Translations under genes and position numbers: made by a program | Assembly: GCA_017459895.1 (NCBI GenBank) | Contig: JAFUCA010000003.1 | Coordinates: forward strand, 25,020 to 89,019 | DNA length: 64,000 nucleotides | Source of the DNA: Bacillota bacterium | GTDB lineage: Bacteria > Bacillota > Clostridia > Peptostreptococcales > Anaerovoracaceae | Reading direction: 5' to 3' | The notes under the pieces: model-generated | Databases searched by the model: none | The model's input: the letters and a program-made list of their open reading frames with translations, nothing else | What the model was told of the DNA's origin: nothing | Part shown: positions 38,211 through 46,754 of the stretch, one piece after another | Layout of the letters: each line of letters begins with the position of its first letter | Numbering within the stretch: the stretch's first letter is position 1

Positions 38211-39536
38211 ATGTCAGCAATCAGAGATAAAGATTTAAAATATAACATTCACTCCTGGTCCGCGCAGGGCGCACTGAAGCCGATCGTCGTGACCAAGGCA
38301 GAAGGCATTTACTTCTGGGATGAGGATGGCAAGAAGTATGCCGACATGTCCTCTCAGCTGGTTAACTCCAACCTGGGACACGGCAACAAGGCTATCATCG
38401 ACGCGATCTGCGAGCAGGCGAACAAGATCCCGTTCATGGGACCGGCTTTCGCGATGGACTGCAGAGCTGATGCTGCGGAAGCAGTCGTCGGCATCTCCGG
38501 TTTCCCGGAAGGTTCCAAGGTATTCTTCACCAACGCCGGTGCAGAAGCGAATGAGAACGCAATCAAGATCGCCCGTCAGTACACAGGCAAGCAGAAGATC
38601 TTCTCCCAGTACAGATGCTATCACGGTTCTTCCGCCGGCGCTGGCATGCTGACCGGTGAGCCGAGACACTTCTTCAACGAGCCGGGTGGCCCGGGATTCG
38701 TTAAGTACGATGGACCTTATGCTTACAGAGCTCCGAAGGCCTGCAAGTTCGAAAGCGAAGACGATGTTGCTGACTTCTACCTCGAGCTGCTGGAAAACCA
38801 GATCCTGTACGAGGGTCCGGAACAGATCGCAGCGATCTGGCTGGAATCCGTCGTCGGCTCCAACGGCGTTCTGATCGCTCCTGTGAAGTGGTATCAGGGC
38901 GTGAGAGCCCTCTGCGACAAGTATGACATCCTGATGGTCGCTGACGAAGTCATGGCCGGATGGTTCAGAACAGGCAAGGCATTCGCTTACATGAACTTCG
39001 GTTATCAGCCGGATATGATCACCTTCGCTAAGGGCGTTACCTGCGGTTACGTTCCTCTCGGCGGTGTTGTCGTCAGCCCGGCCATCGCGAAGTTCTTCGA
39101 TGACACATCCCTGGGATGCGGCCTGACCTACTCCGCTCATCCGATGGGCTGCGCTGCTGCAGTAGCAACCATCAAGGAGTACAAGGACAAGAACATCGAA
39201 GAAGCGATGAAGGCTCCGGCCAAGGTTCTGGCGGACACTCTGGACAGCTTCGTTGAGAAGCACGCCTGCGTTGGTCAGGTCAGACACATCGGTCTGTTCT
39301 CCGCAGTTGAGCTGGTTAAGGACAAGGAAACCAGAGAGCCGATCGTTCCCTTCGGAAAGGATCCGGAAGGCGTCATGAAGAAGATCATCGGAATGCTGGC
39401 TGCAGATGGTTTCTGGACATATTCCCACGAGAACATGTTCGTCGTCTGCCCGCCGCTGATCATCACCGAAGAGGAGATGGCAGAGCAGCTGGCGATCGTA
39501 GACAAGGTTCTGGATTCCGTAGACAAGATGATCTAA
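38211..39536 (+). CDS. Class III (omega-amino acid) aminotransferase, taurine/beta-alanine:2-oxoacid type
   Basis: HSWSAQ, AEGIYFWD, SSQLVNSNLGHG, GAEANENAIKIAR, DEVMAGWFRTG, FAKG, GLTYSAHP. Confidence 0.88.
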   Translation: MSAIRDKDLKYNIHSWSAQGALKPIVVTKAEGIYFWDEDGKKYADMSSQLVNSNLGHGNKAIIDAICEQANKIPFMGPAFAMDCRADAAEAVVGISGFPEGSKVFFTNAGAEANENAIKIARQYTGKQKIFSQYRCYHGSSAGAGMLTGEPRHFFNEPGGPGFVKYDGPYAYRAPKACKFESEDDVADFYLELLENQILYEGPEQIAAIWLESVVGSNGVLIAPVKWYQGVRALCDKYDILMVADEVMAGWFRTGKAFAYMNFGYQPDMITFAKGVTCGYVPLGGVVVSPAIAKFFDDTSLGCGLTYSAHPMGCAAAVATIKEYKDKNIEEAMKAPAKVLADTLDSFVEKHACVGQVRHIGLFSAVELVKDKETREPIVPFGKDPEGVMKKIIGMLAADGFWTYSHENMFVVCPPLIITEEEMAEQLAIVDKVLDSVDKMI

Positions 39537-39579
39537 GTTATCTAAGTCCTTATTCTGCAACGCAGAATAGAACCTACCC

Positions 39580-39610
39580 AAAACGCCGCGCAAACGCGCG
39601 GCGTTTTTTA
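39580..39610. terminator. Bidirectional intrinsic terminator between the aminotransferase gene and lexA
   Basis: AAAACGCCGCGC-AAAC-GCGCGGCGTTTTTT. Confidence 0.85.
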
Positions 39611-39633
39611 TTAAGATCAGGATCCTTCAAGGA

Positions 39634-40296
39634 TCAGGAGAAGTAGCGGAAGACGCCCTTGACCTTGCCCAGGATTCTCGCATCCTTGACGATGATCGGG
39701 CTCATAGCGGAATTCTCCGGCTGAAGGCGAATGTGATCGTCTTCCTTATAGAAGGTCTTAACGGTAGCCTCACTCTCGAATCCATCCACCATGGCGACGA
39801 CGATCTCGCCGTTGCGTGCGGTCTGCTGCTGTTCCACCAGGATGTAGTCCCCGTCCATGATCCCTGCCTCGATCATGCTCTCCCCTCGCACCGTCAGCAT
39901 GAAGTTGGTTCCTCCGTTGACAAAACGAGCGGGAACCGGGAAGCTGTCCTCTACGTTCTGCTCCGCCAGGATCGGCGTTCCCGCCGCGATCCTACCGACC
40001 ACCGGAATCTCAACGATGTCCGCGCGCTCCACCTCCGGCGGGGCCGTCCGGACTTCGGAAGACGCAGCCGCCAGCGGCTCGCCGGTCTGCGGCTCCACGA
40101 TCATCAGTGCTCTCGGCTTGGCCGGGTCCTTGCGAAGATAGCCCTGCTTCTCGAGACTCGCTATGTCCTTGTGTACGGTTGATGTGGACTTGATCCCGAG
40201 GGCTGTGCAGATCTCCCGCACCGTCGGCGGATACCCCTTCTCACGGATCTCATGTTTCATAAAATCGAGCACTCTCTGCTCTCTGTCTTTTATCAT
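39634..40296 (-). CDS. lexA: LexA repressor
   Basis: GYPPTVREIC, KPRAL, VGRIAAGTPILA cleavage site, GESMIEAGI, EATVKTF; start at ATG 40296 after AAGGAG. Confidence 0.97.
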   Translation of the reverse strand: MIKDREQRVLDFMKHEIREKGYPPTVREICTALGIKSTSTVHKDIASLEKQGYLRKDPAKPRALMIVEPQTGEPLAAASSEVRTAPPEVERADIVEIPVVGRIAAGTPILAEQNVEDSFPVPARFVNGGTNFMLTVRGESMIEAGIMDGDYILVEQQQTARNGEIVVAMVDGFESEATVKTFYKEDDHIRLQPENSAMSPIIVKDARILGKVKGVFRYFS

Positions 40297-40369
40297 TCTA
40301 ACCGTCTCCTTTATTCTGAGAAATGACTGCGGATCACCGGCTGCGATCCATCCATTGTATTCCAGTTCC

Positions 40370-40418
40370 ATTTTACCACAGCGCGAACAAAAACGCAAAC
40401 AAATGTTTGCGTTTTTGT
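40370..40418 (-). promoter_or_regulatory. lexA promoter with overlapping putative autoregulatory operator
   Basis: TTGCGT-17bp-TAAAAT with TG extension; perfect 14-bp inverted repeat 40387-40400/40405-40418 centred on AAAC-N4-GTTT. Confidence 0.7.
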
Positions 40419-40442
40419 AAATGTTCTTCTATGGATCCCGGT

Positions 40443-40868
40443 TTACTTCTTCGGCTCCGGATCGCCCGGCGGCTCCTGCAGGTTCAGTTCCTCCTTGATC
40501 TGTGTGGTCGAAACCCCCTCGGTCCGGTCCAGATAAACGAGCTCGCAGTAATCCCGCAGGTATTCAAACCGGTCGCTTCCCTTCCAGTCACCGCCCATGA
40601 CGACTACATCGACTTCGTATTTCTTCACGTCGTCGATTTTCTGTTCCCAGGTTTCCTCCGGGATGACCAGATCCACATACCGGACGGCCTCCAGCATTTC
40701 CTTACGGGTCTCGTAGTTGTGATAGGCCTTCTTCCCCTTGCCGGCGTTGAATTCGTCTGTCGAGATAGCCACGATCAGGTAATCTCCCAGCGCCTTCGCC
40801 CGTTTCAGAAGACGGATATGACCGTAATGAAGCAGATCAAACGTTCCATAGGTTAATACTCGTTTCAT
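40443..40868 (-). CDS. tagD: Glycerol-3-phosphate cytidylyltransferase
   Basis: TYGTFDLLHYGH, STDEFN, RTEGVSTT. Confidence 0.95.
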   Translation of the reverse strand: MKRVLTYGTFDLLHYGHIRLLKRAKALGDYLIVAISTDEFNAGKGKKAYHNYETRKEMLEAVRYVDLVIPEETWEQKIDDVKKYEVDVVVMGGDWKGSDRFEYLRDYCELVYLDRTEGVSTTQIKEELNLQEPPGDPEPKK

Positions 40869-40910
40869 ATCATCCACATCCTTTCCAGATCCATTATACT
40901 GTACCGGGCC

Positions 40911-42104
40911 TTATTTTACCATCAGTTTTCGCAGACCCGCCTCCAGTCCCGAAAGCGTCAGCTCGTACATCGGGAAGAGGCCTCGGATCTCCGAGAGCGT
41001 CTGGGATCCGTAAACGTAGTCCCAGGACCCCTCCTCGATGGGATTCAGCCAGATCTGTTTTTTGAAACGCTTCTTGAATTTCTGGAACCATTCCAGACCG
41101 GTTTCCCGGTTGTAGACCCCGATGATGGCATTGCCTCCCGGACGGTGCAGCTCGGATGGCGCCATACAGGCATCCCCGACGAAGATGACCTTGTATTCCG
41201 CATCCAGCTTGTGAAACACCCAGGTCGTTTCCACCGAATCTCGCATCTTGCAGCGCGGCGTCGTGTACAGCTGATCGTAGATGGCGTTGTGAAAGTAATA
41301 AACCTGCAGGTCCTTAAAGTGATTTGATTTGCTCACAGCCTGAAACAGCCGGTTGCAGAGGCGGCTGTAGGGCAGCATCGACCCGTCGGAATCGATCAGC
41401 AGGAGCACCTTCACCGTGTTTTTCCGGGGCCTCTCGTAGGCCAGCGTCAGCATCCCCGCATTGTCGCAGGTTTCGTCCACCGTCTTGTCCAGATCCAGTT
41501 CCTTCTGAACGCCATCCACCCTTGTGGAGTACTGGCGGAGTTTGCGGAACGCCATCTGAAACTGGCGGATCCCGAGAATCGTATCCTCCCGAAAATCCTT
41601 GAAATTCCGGTCTCCTGCCACCTGCAGCGCGGTCTTATGCCGGCTGCGTCCGCCCACGCGGATGCCACTGGGATTGTATCCGCCGCGGCCCATGGTGGAT
41701 GTTCCTCCGGTGCCGATCCAGTAATTGCCGCCGTGGTGTTCCTCCTTCTGTTCCCTGATGCGCTCCTCAAACATGCGCAGCAGCTCTTCCAGCTCCTTCG
41801 CGAACAGCTCCCGGTCACCGTGGTCGTCCAGATCCCGCTCTCTCTCGCCATGGTTCAGCCAGTCCCAGAATTCCTGGGGCAACTGCTCCGGTGTCTCGAT
41901 CCCGCCGAAGTATTCCATGAAGACCTGGTCGAATTTATCGAAGTCCGATTCCGATTTGATCAGCACCGACCGGCACAGATAGTAAAACCTGGTGAGAGAA
42001 GCCTTCGCCAGTCCCTGATCGAGGGCCTCCATCAGCGTCATCCATTCATTCAGCGTGACGGGAAGCCCTTTGGCGCGGAGCAGATAAAAAAACTCCAAAA
42101 ACAT
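40911..42104 (-). CDS. VWA-domain (CoxE-like) protein, MoxR partner
   Basis: WIGTGGTS, DSDGSM MIDAS-like motif, YYFHN, VIFVGDACMAP, IWLNP. Confidence 0.85.
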   Translation of the reverse strand: MFLEFFYLLRAKGLPVTLNEWMTLMEALDQGLAKASLTRFYYLCRSVLIKSESDFDKFDQVFMEYFGGIETPEQLPQEFWDWLNHGERERDLDDHGDRELFAKELEELLRMFEERIREQKEEHHGGNYWIGTGGTSTMGRGGYNPSGIRVGGRSRHKTALQVAGDRNFKDFREDTILGIRQFQMAFRKLRQYSTRVDGVQKELDLDKTVDETCDNAGMLTLAYERPRKNTVKVLLLIDSDGSMLPYSRLCNRLFQAVSKSNHFKDLQVYYFHNAIYDQLYTTPRCKMRDSVETTWVFHKLDAEYKVIFVGDACMAPSELHRPGGNAIIGVYNRETGLEWFQKFKKRFKKQIWLNPIEEGSWDYVYGSQTLSEIRGLFPMYELTLSGLEAGLRKLMVK

Positions 42105-42127
42105 GTTTCCGCCTCCGAATCCCCGGT

Positions 42128-42967
42128 TTACCAGTGGCGAAGGGAGTACCCCTTCTCCTTGATCTCCTGCATTACCTCAATGTCCTCGTTCTTCTTCAGC
42201 AGAACGCCGACAAAGGGCATACGCGCAGACAGATCCTCCACAGAAACGCCGCTGACCATCAGCGCCTGGATCCAGTCCAGCAGCTCGGAGGTGCTGGGCT
42301 TTTTCTGAAGCTCGTTCATCTTCCGGATCTCATAAAACGCCTCAATGGCATTATCCACCAGCTTCTGGTCGATGTCTCCGTAGTGGACCCGGATGATCTC
42401 CCTCATCTTCTCCTCGTCCGGGAAGGCGATATAATGAAAGATGCAGCGCCGCAGGAATGCGTCCGGCAGTTCCTTCTCCGCGTTGGAGGTGATGATGACG
42501 ATGGGGCGATGCTTCGTGGTGATGGTCTCCTTCGTTTCGTTGATATAAAACTCCATCTTATCCAGTTCCCACAGCAGGTCATTGGGGAACTCCAGGTCCG
42601 CCTTATCGATCTCGTCGATCAGCAGTACCGCCTGCTTCTCTGAAGTAAACGCTTCTCCCAGCTTGCCCAGACGGATGTACTGTCCGATGTCGCTGACGTC
42701 TCCCTCTCCGAACTGGCTGTCGTACAGTCTCTGCACCGTATCGTACAAATACAGACCGTCCTGCGCCTTGGTGGTGGACTTGATGCTCCATACGATCAGC
42801 GGCATATCCATGGACTCTGCGATCGCTTCCGCCAGCATCGTCTTGCCGGTCCCCGGTTCTCCCTTGATCAGCAGGGGCTTCTTCAGCGCGATGGAAACAT
42901 TGACTGCGTCCATCAGTTCGGGTGTCACAACATATCCGCTGCTTCCGTTAAAAACCTTGTTGCTCAT
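42128..42967 (-). CDS. MoxR-family AAA+ ATPase
   Basis: PLLIKGEPGTGKT, LLIDEIDKAD, TSNAEKELPDAFLRRC, KKPSTSELLDW; start MSNKVF. Confidence 0.92.
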   Translation of the reverse strand: MSNKVFNGSSGYVVTPELMDAVNVSIALKKPLLIKGEPGTGKTMLAEAIAESMDMPLIVWSIKSTTKAQDGLYLYDTVQRLYDSQFGEGDVSDIGQYIRLGKLGEAFTSEKQAVLLIDEIDKADLEFPNDLLWELDKMEFYINETKETITTKHRPIVIITSNAEKELPDAFLRRCIFHYIAFPDEEKMREIIRVHYGDIDQKLVDNAIEAFYEIRKMNELQKKPSTSELLDWIQALMVSGVSVEDLSARMPFVGVLLKKNEDIEVMQEIKEKGYSLRHW

Positions 42968-42990
42968 ATGATTCGATCCTTTCGATTGAT

Positions 42991-43968
42991 TTACAGATTC
43001 ATGAACAGGCTCACCAGGACCGGTACCGCCGCCGACAGAATGGCCCCGTTGATGAAGGAATACACCGCCACATCGCTGCTGGTGGCCCGCTCGATCACCG
43101 GCAGGCAGACATCCATGGAGGGCGATCCCGGCATTCCGTAGCACTCGATGTACCCGATGCGCCGCGCCACCACCGGAATCAGCAGGATCCCGATGATCTC
43201 CCGAAACACGTTGTGCATGAAGGAGATGGCGCTGACCCTCGTGGAATACTCCGCCAGCATGGCCGGAGCCAGGGAGTACCAGGCGAATCCGGAGCCGATG
43301 CAAAGGCTGTCCTGAAGCCCCAGGGGAAGCACCAATGCGGCGGCTGCGGAAGCGATCAGCATGGCGATCATGGACACGAAGGGAAAGACGATGACCCTCC
43401 ATCCGGCCCTGCGGAAGTTGGCTGCCAGCGTCCCTTCGGTGCCGATATCGATGCCGATGAGCACCAGCAGGATGCACAGGGTGATGGTGAGCAGATCCCC
43501 GGTCACGGCGATAAAGCCTTCCGGCAGAAGGAAGTATCCGCAGGCGATGCCCACGGCTACGAAGGCCACGATCAGCAGGGTCAGCTGATTGAGCCCTGCG
43601 CCCGCCTCATCCTCCGGTCCGCCCTCTTCCTTCGGGCAGTCCTCCGCCACGCTCCCGCCAGCCTTTGCTCCGGCATGACGTACGCCCCGGCGGTCGAAGC
43701 CCAGCAGCCGCCGCGCGGCAGTATACGCTGCGCAGGTGATGACCATGATGATGGCCGTATATGCCAGTGAGATCAGTCCGATGGAGCCCAGGGAGGCGAC
43801 GATCTCTTCGTTGGCTCCGATCCGGCTTCCCATCAGGAATACCAGCGCGATGATTGCCGCTGTCTGCATCTTCCCTGCCAGAGGGATTTGCCGTTCGTTT
43901 TTCTTAAACCATGCTCCGATAAAGTATCCCGCTACGGTGACTGCGATATAAAGAAGCAGAGATGTCAT
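42991..43968 (-). CDS. LysO (DUF340) lysine-exporter family membrane protein
   Basis: SGFAWYSLA, NVFREIIG, SMDVCLPVI; about 10 TM helices. Confidence 0.85.
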   Translation of the reverse strand: MTSLLLYIAVTVAGYFIGAWFKKNERQIPLAGKMQTAAIIALVFLMGSRIGANEEIVASLGSIGLISLAYTAIIMVITCAAYTAARRLLGFDRRGVRHAGAKAGGSVAEDCPKEEGGPEDEAGAGLNQLTLLIVAFVAVGIACGYFLLPEGFIAVTGDLLTITLCILLVLIGIDIGTEGTLAANFRRAGWRVIVFPFVSMIAMLIASAAAALVLPLGLQDSLCIGSGFAWYSLAPAMLAEYSTRVSAISFMHNVFREIIGILLIPVVARRIGYIECYGMPGSPSMDVCLPVIERATSSDVAVYSFINGAILSAAVPVLVSLFMNL

Positions 43969-43991
43969 GTCCGTCCTCCTGTATCCGGTGA

Positions 43992-45158
43992 TCAGTCAAC
44001 GCCGATATCATAGGCTTCATCCTCGCCGCTCACAATTCGGATAAATGAATCCATATCAAGCTTGCCGCTGATCTTGATCCTGCTCACCGCATACGGATCG
44101 TCCTCCCGGGTCGCGTACTTATAGGGTCCGTACCCGAAGGCCAGGCGATATCCGCTGTCCTTCACCGCCTGCTGCATCGTATCCGAGTAGGCACCCCAGG
44201 GATAGGCCAGATAACGGAATCCGAACTTCGCATTTGCCTCGCAGTCTGCCATGATCTGATCGTAGGTGAAGGCGAGGGCCGGTTTCTTCCCGTTCACCCG
44301 GTTGTGCATATCGTAGGTATGGCTCTCGAAACTGAACCTGGGATATTCCTCCCGGGATTTCTCGATCACATCGTAGCCGATGTAGTGGTCCTTCTCTTCC
44401 TGCGGATCAAAGGCTGCCGTCGCGCCTTCGGTATTCTTGCCGATACAGAAGGCCGTCCCCGCCATATCCATTCGTTTGAAAATGGGCAGGGCCAGATGGT
44501 AGACCCCGTAGAACCCGTCGTCAAAGGTATAGACACAGGATTTGACGGGCACCTCCAGCTTCCCCTGATACCACTGATAGAACTCATCCATCGTCAGTGT
44601 CGTGTATCCGTTGTCCTTAAGCCAGGTCAGCTGCTCCTCCAGCACGCTCTCCGAAACGAGCAGGGAGCTGTTGAACTGCTCATCCGCCGGTACCACCTTG
44701 TGATACGCCAGCACCGGGATCTTCTGGGCATGCTGATCCGGTTCGTAAATGGCGCTCACCACTTCGGAAGACTCTCCTTCATTGGAACGGTGCGTCAGCC
44801 GGTTGTAGCCGAATGCGGAGACCTGAAACCGGTACTCCCGGTCGAATGTGTATTCATCGATGGTGTAGCTGCAATTGTCCTTCCCGGAGATTTCAGCGAT
44901 TTTCTGAGGCGTCTTCTGATCCGTTGCATAGATATAGTATCCGCTGGCCTTCGCCGCCGGCTCCCACGAAAGTGTTATTTCCGCATAGGTGGCATCTGCG
45001 TTCAGGCCCTCCACCCGGTCCGGTTCAAGGCCCTTCCCCAGGATCACACCGAACACCAGGAGGATCAGCAGCGCGCAGGCAATGATGCCGATGATCAGAC
45101 CCGCGATTCTCCGATGATGCTTTCGTTTTTGTCTTCTGATGGATCTTTCCTGACTCAT
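43992..45158 (-). CDS. Membrane-anchored FN3 + polysaccharide deacetylase (CE4)
   Basis: N-terminal TM, FN3-like segment, IPVLAYH, TFDDG, ESHTYDMH, AYPWG. Confidence 0.88.
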   Translation of the reverse strand: MSQERSIRRQKRKHHRRIAGLIIGIIACALLILLVFGVILGKGLEPDRVEGLNADATYAEITLSWEPAAKASGYYIYATDQKTPQKIAEISGKDNCSYTIDEYTFDREYRFQVSAFGYNRLTHRSNEGESSEVVSAIYEPDQHAQKIPVLAYHKVVPADEQFNSSLLVSESVLEEQLTWLKDNGYTTLTMDEFYQWYQGKLEVPVKSCVYTFDDGFYGVYHLALPIFKRMDMAGTAFCIGKNTEGATAAFDPQEEKDHYIGYDVIEKSREEYPRFSFESHTYDMHNRVNGKKPALAFTYDQIMADCEANAKFGFRYLAYPWGAYSDTMQQAVKDSGYRLAFGYGPYKYATREDDPYAVSRIKISGKLDMDSFIRIVSGEDEAYDIGVD

Positions 45159-45272
45159 TTGTCTCCCTTTGATTTCAGTCGCACAGACGCCCGGGATCCT
45201 ACCCGGGCGTCTGATCAATTCAGATTCCTGCTTGCGATGACGATTGGTAATACGGATCGGTACTGCCGCGTA

Positions 45273-46754
45273 CTATTGGAGAGGTCTGTATACCTTGAAG
45301 GTTCTCCAGGATTTATGGATCCCGCCGCCGTTATACATGCTCTGTACGACTCCGTAAGCCTTGCCGTGATAATGGGCGTTCGCCACAAGTCCATCTCCCA
45401 GATAGACTGCGATATGTCCGCCGCCGCCCTTGTAGAGCTGGAACAGAATATCTCCCGGCTGCATATCCTCCTGCCGCGTGATTCCGGTATCCAGCCACTT
45501 ATCCGTGTGCTTGCTGCAGTAATCCACGATCATGTCCAGTCCTCTCGGGAAGGATTCATCGTATCCGGAATTCCTGACGACCGTTCCCACGAAGACATCG
45601 CAGGAAGCGCCCGCCGCCGTCTGAGCGCTCCAGCCGCTGCGGCTTCCGAAGGCCTGACTCAGTGCCTCCGTATAGGCATCGGTGCGGTGACCGCCCGGAT
45701 AGGAATAGGTTCCCTTGGACGTGCCCTGAGGCCATGCCAGCTTCTGCGCCGTTTCGACCAGAAGCGTGGAGCCCGGGGGCTCTGTGATCTCAAATCCCTG
45801 ATTCAGGATCGTCTTCTCCGATCCCGTCTTCAGCTTCACGATGATCTTGTAGTTGTATTTCCCCTGTTCCAGCTGCTCCACCGAGATCTTCTCGTTCACA
45901 TCGGACAGGTCAAACTCCATGTCATCCACCGACTTCGCTGTGAACTTCGCGCCGGAGACCCACTTGTTCGTCTCCTGATCAACGATCCCTGCCGTTACCT
46001 TCTCAATGGTCGTGTTGGACTTGATCTTCCCGGTGAATTCGTAGGCCTCTCCTTCGTGAAGATCCGGTACGGATTTATGCTTGCTGATGGAAATCGACAT
46101 GCTCGGTCTGGTGGCCCGGATCTCTCTGGAGAACTTGGATGCGACGACCTTCCCCTCCACATACCGGAAGGCGACGGCCTTGTACTTATGGCCCTTCCCG
46201 GAATAGACGTCGCTGTCCAGATAGGTCAGCTTCTTCTGGGTGCTGAGGGACTTGCCGTCGCGGTAGATCGCATAGCCGTCCGCGCCCTCGCTCTTCTCCA
46301 TGCTGAGGTATATGCCTTCTCCCGTAGCCTCCGCCGTCAGGACCGGCGGGCTGAGGGTCGGGGCCGCTGAGATTCTGGGACTCTTGCGGCTTCTCTTGTC
46401 CTCATTGATGGCACGGATCTTGTACCACTGGGCCTTGCCTGTCTGAAGCTTACGGTCCGTAAAGGTGGTTGCGGACGTCGTCTTGATCTCATGATAGAAC
46501 CCGTACTTGCTCTTCGCCCGGTAAACGATATAATCCGTCGCATTCTCCGAGGCGTTCCACTTCAGGGTGATGGAATCATACGATGTCACCGCCTTGATCA
46601 CCTTGACCTGCTGCGGTGCCTCTGTCGCCGCCATAGCCGGCTGCGGCAGAGCAAACGATGCCGCGGCAGCCAGCAGCGCAACCAGCAGCACCAGCCTTAA
46701 GCCCGGTCTGCTGCGTTTCATTCTTCTCATGATCTTCCCAGTCATTTCGCTCAT
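45273..46754 (-). CDS. Secreted FN3-repeat protein with C-terminal NlpC/P60-like cell-wall hydrolase domain
   Basis: Signal peptide, FN3 repeats, SCDVFVG (Cys) ... PGDIL ... GHIAVYLG (His). Confidence 0.7.
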   Translation of the reverse strand: MSEMTGKIMRRMKRSRPGLRLVLLVALLAAAASFALPQPAMAATEAPQQVKVIKAVTSYDSITLKWNASENATDYIVYRAKSKYGFYHEIKTTSATTFTDRKLQTGKAQWYKIRAINEDKRSRKSPRISAAPTLSPPVLTAEATGEGIYLSMEKSEGADGYAIYRDGKSLSTQKKLTYLDSDVYSGKGHKYKAVAFRYVEGKVVASKFSREIRATRPSMSISISKHKSVPDLHEGEAYEFTGKIKSNTTIEKVTAGIVDQETNKWVSGAKFTAKSVDDMEFDLSDVNEKISVEQLEQGKYNYKIIVKLKTGSEKTILNQGFEITEPPGSTLLVETAQKLAWPQGTSKGTYSYPGGHRTDAYTEALSQAFGSRSGWSAQTAAGASCDVFVGTVVRNSGYDESFPRGLDMIVDYCSKHTDKWLDTGITRQEDMQPGDILFQLYKGGGGHIAVYLGDGLVANAHYHGKAYGVVQSMYNGGGIHKSWRTFKVYRPLQ

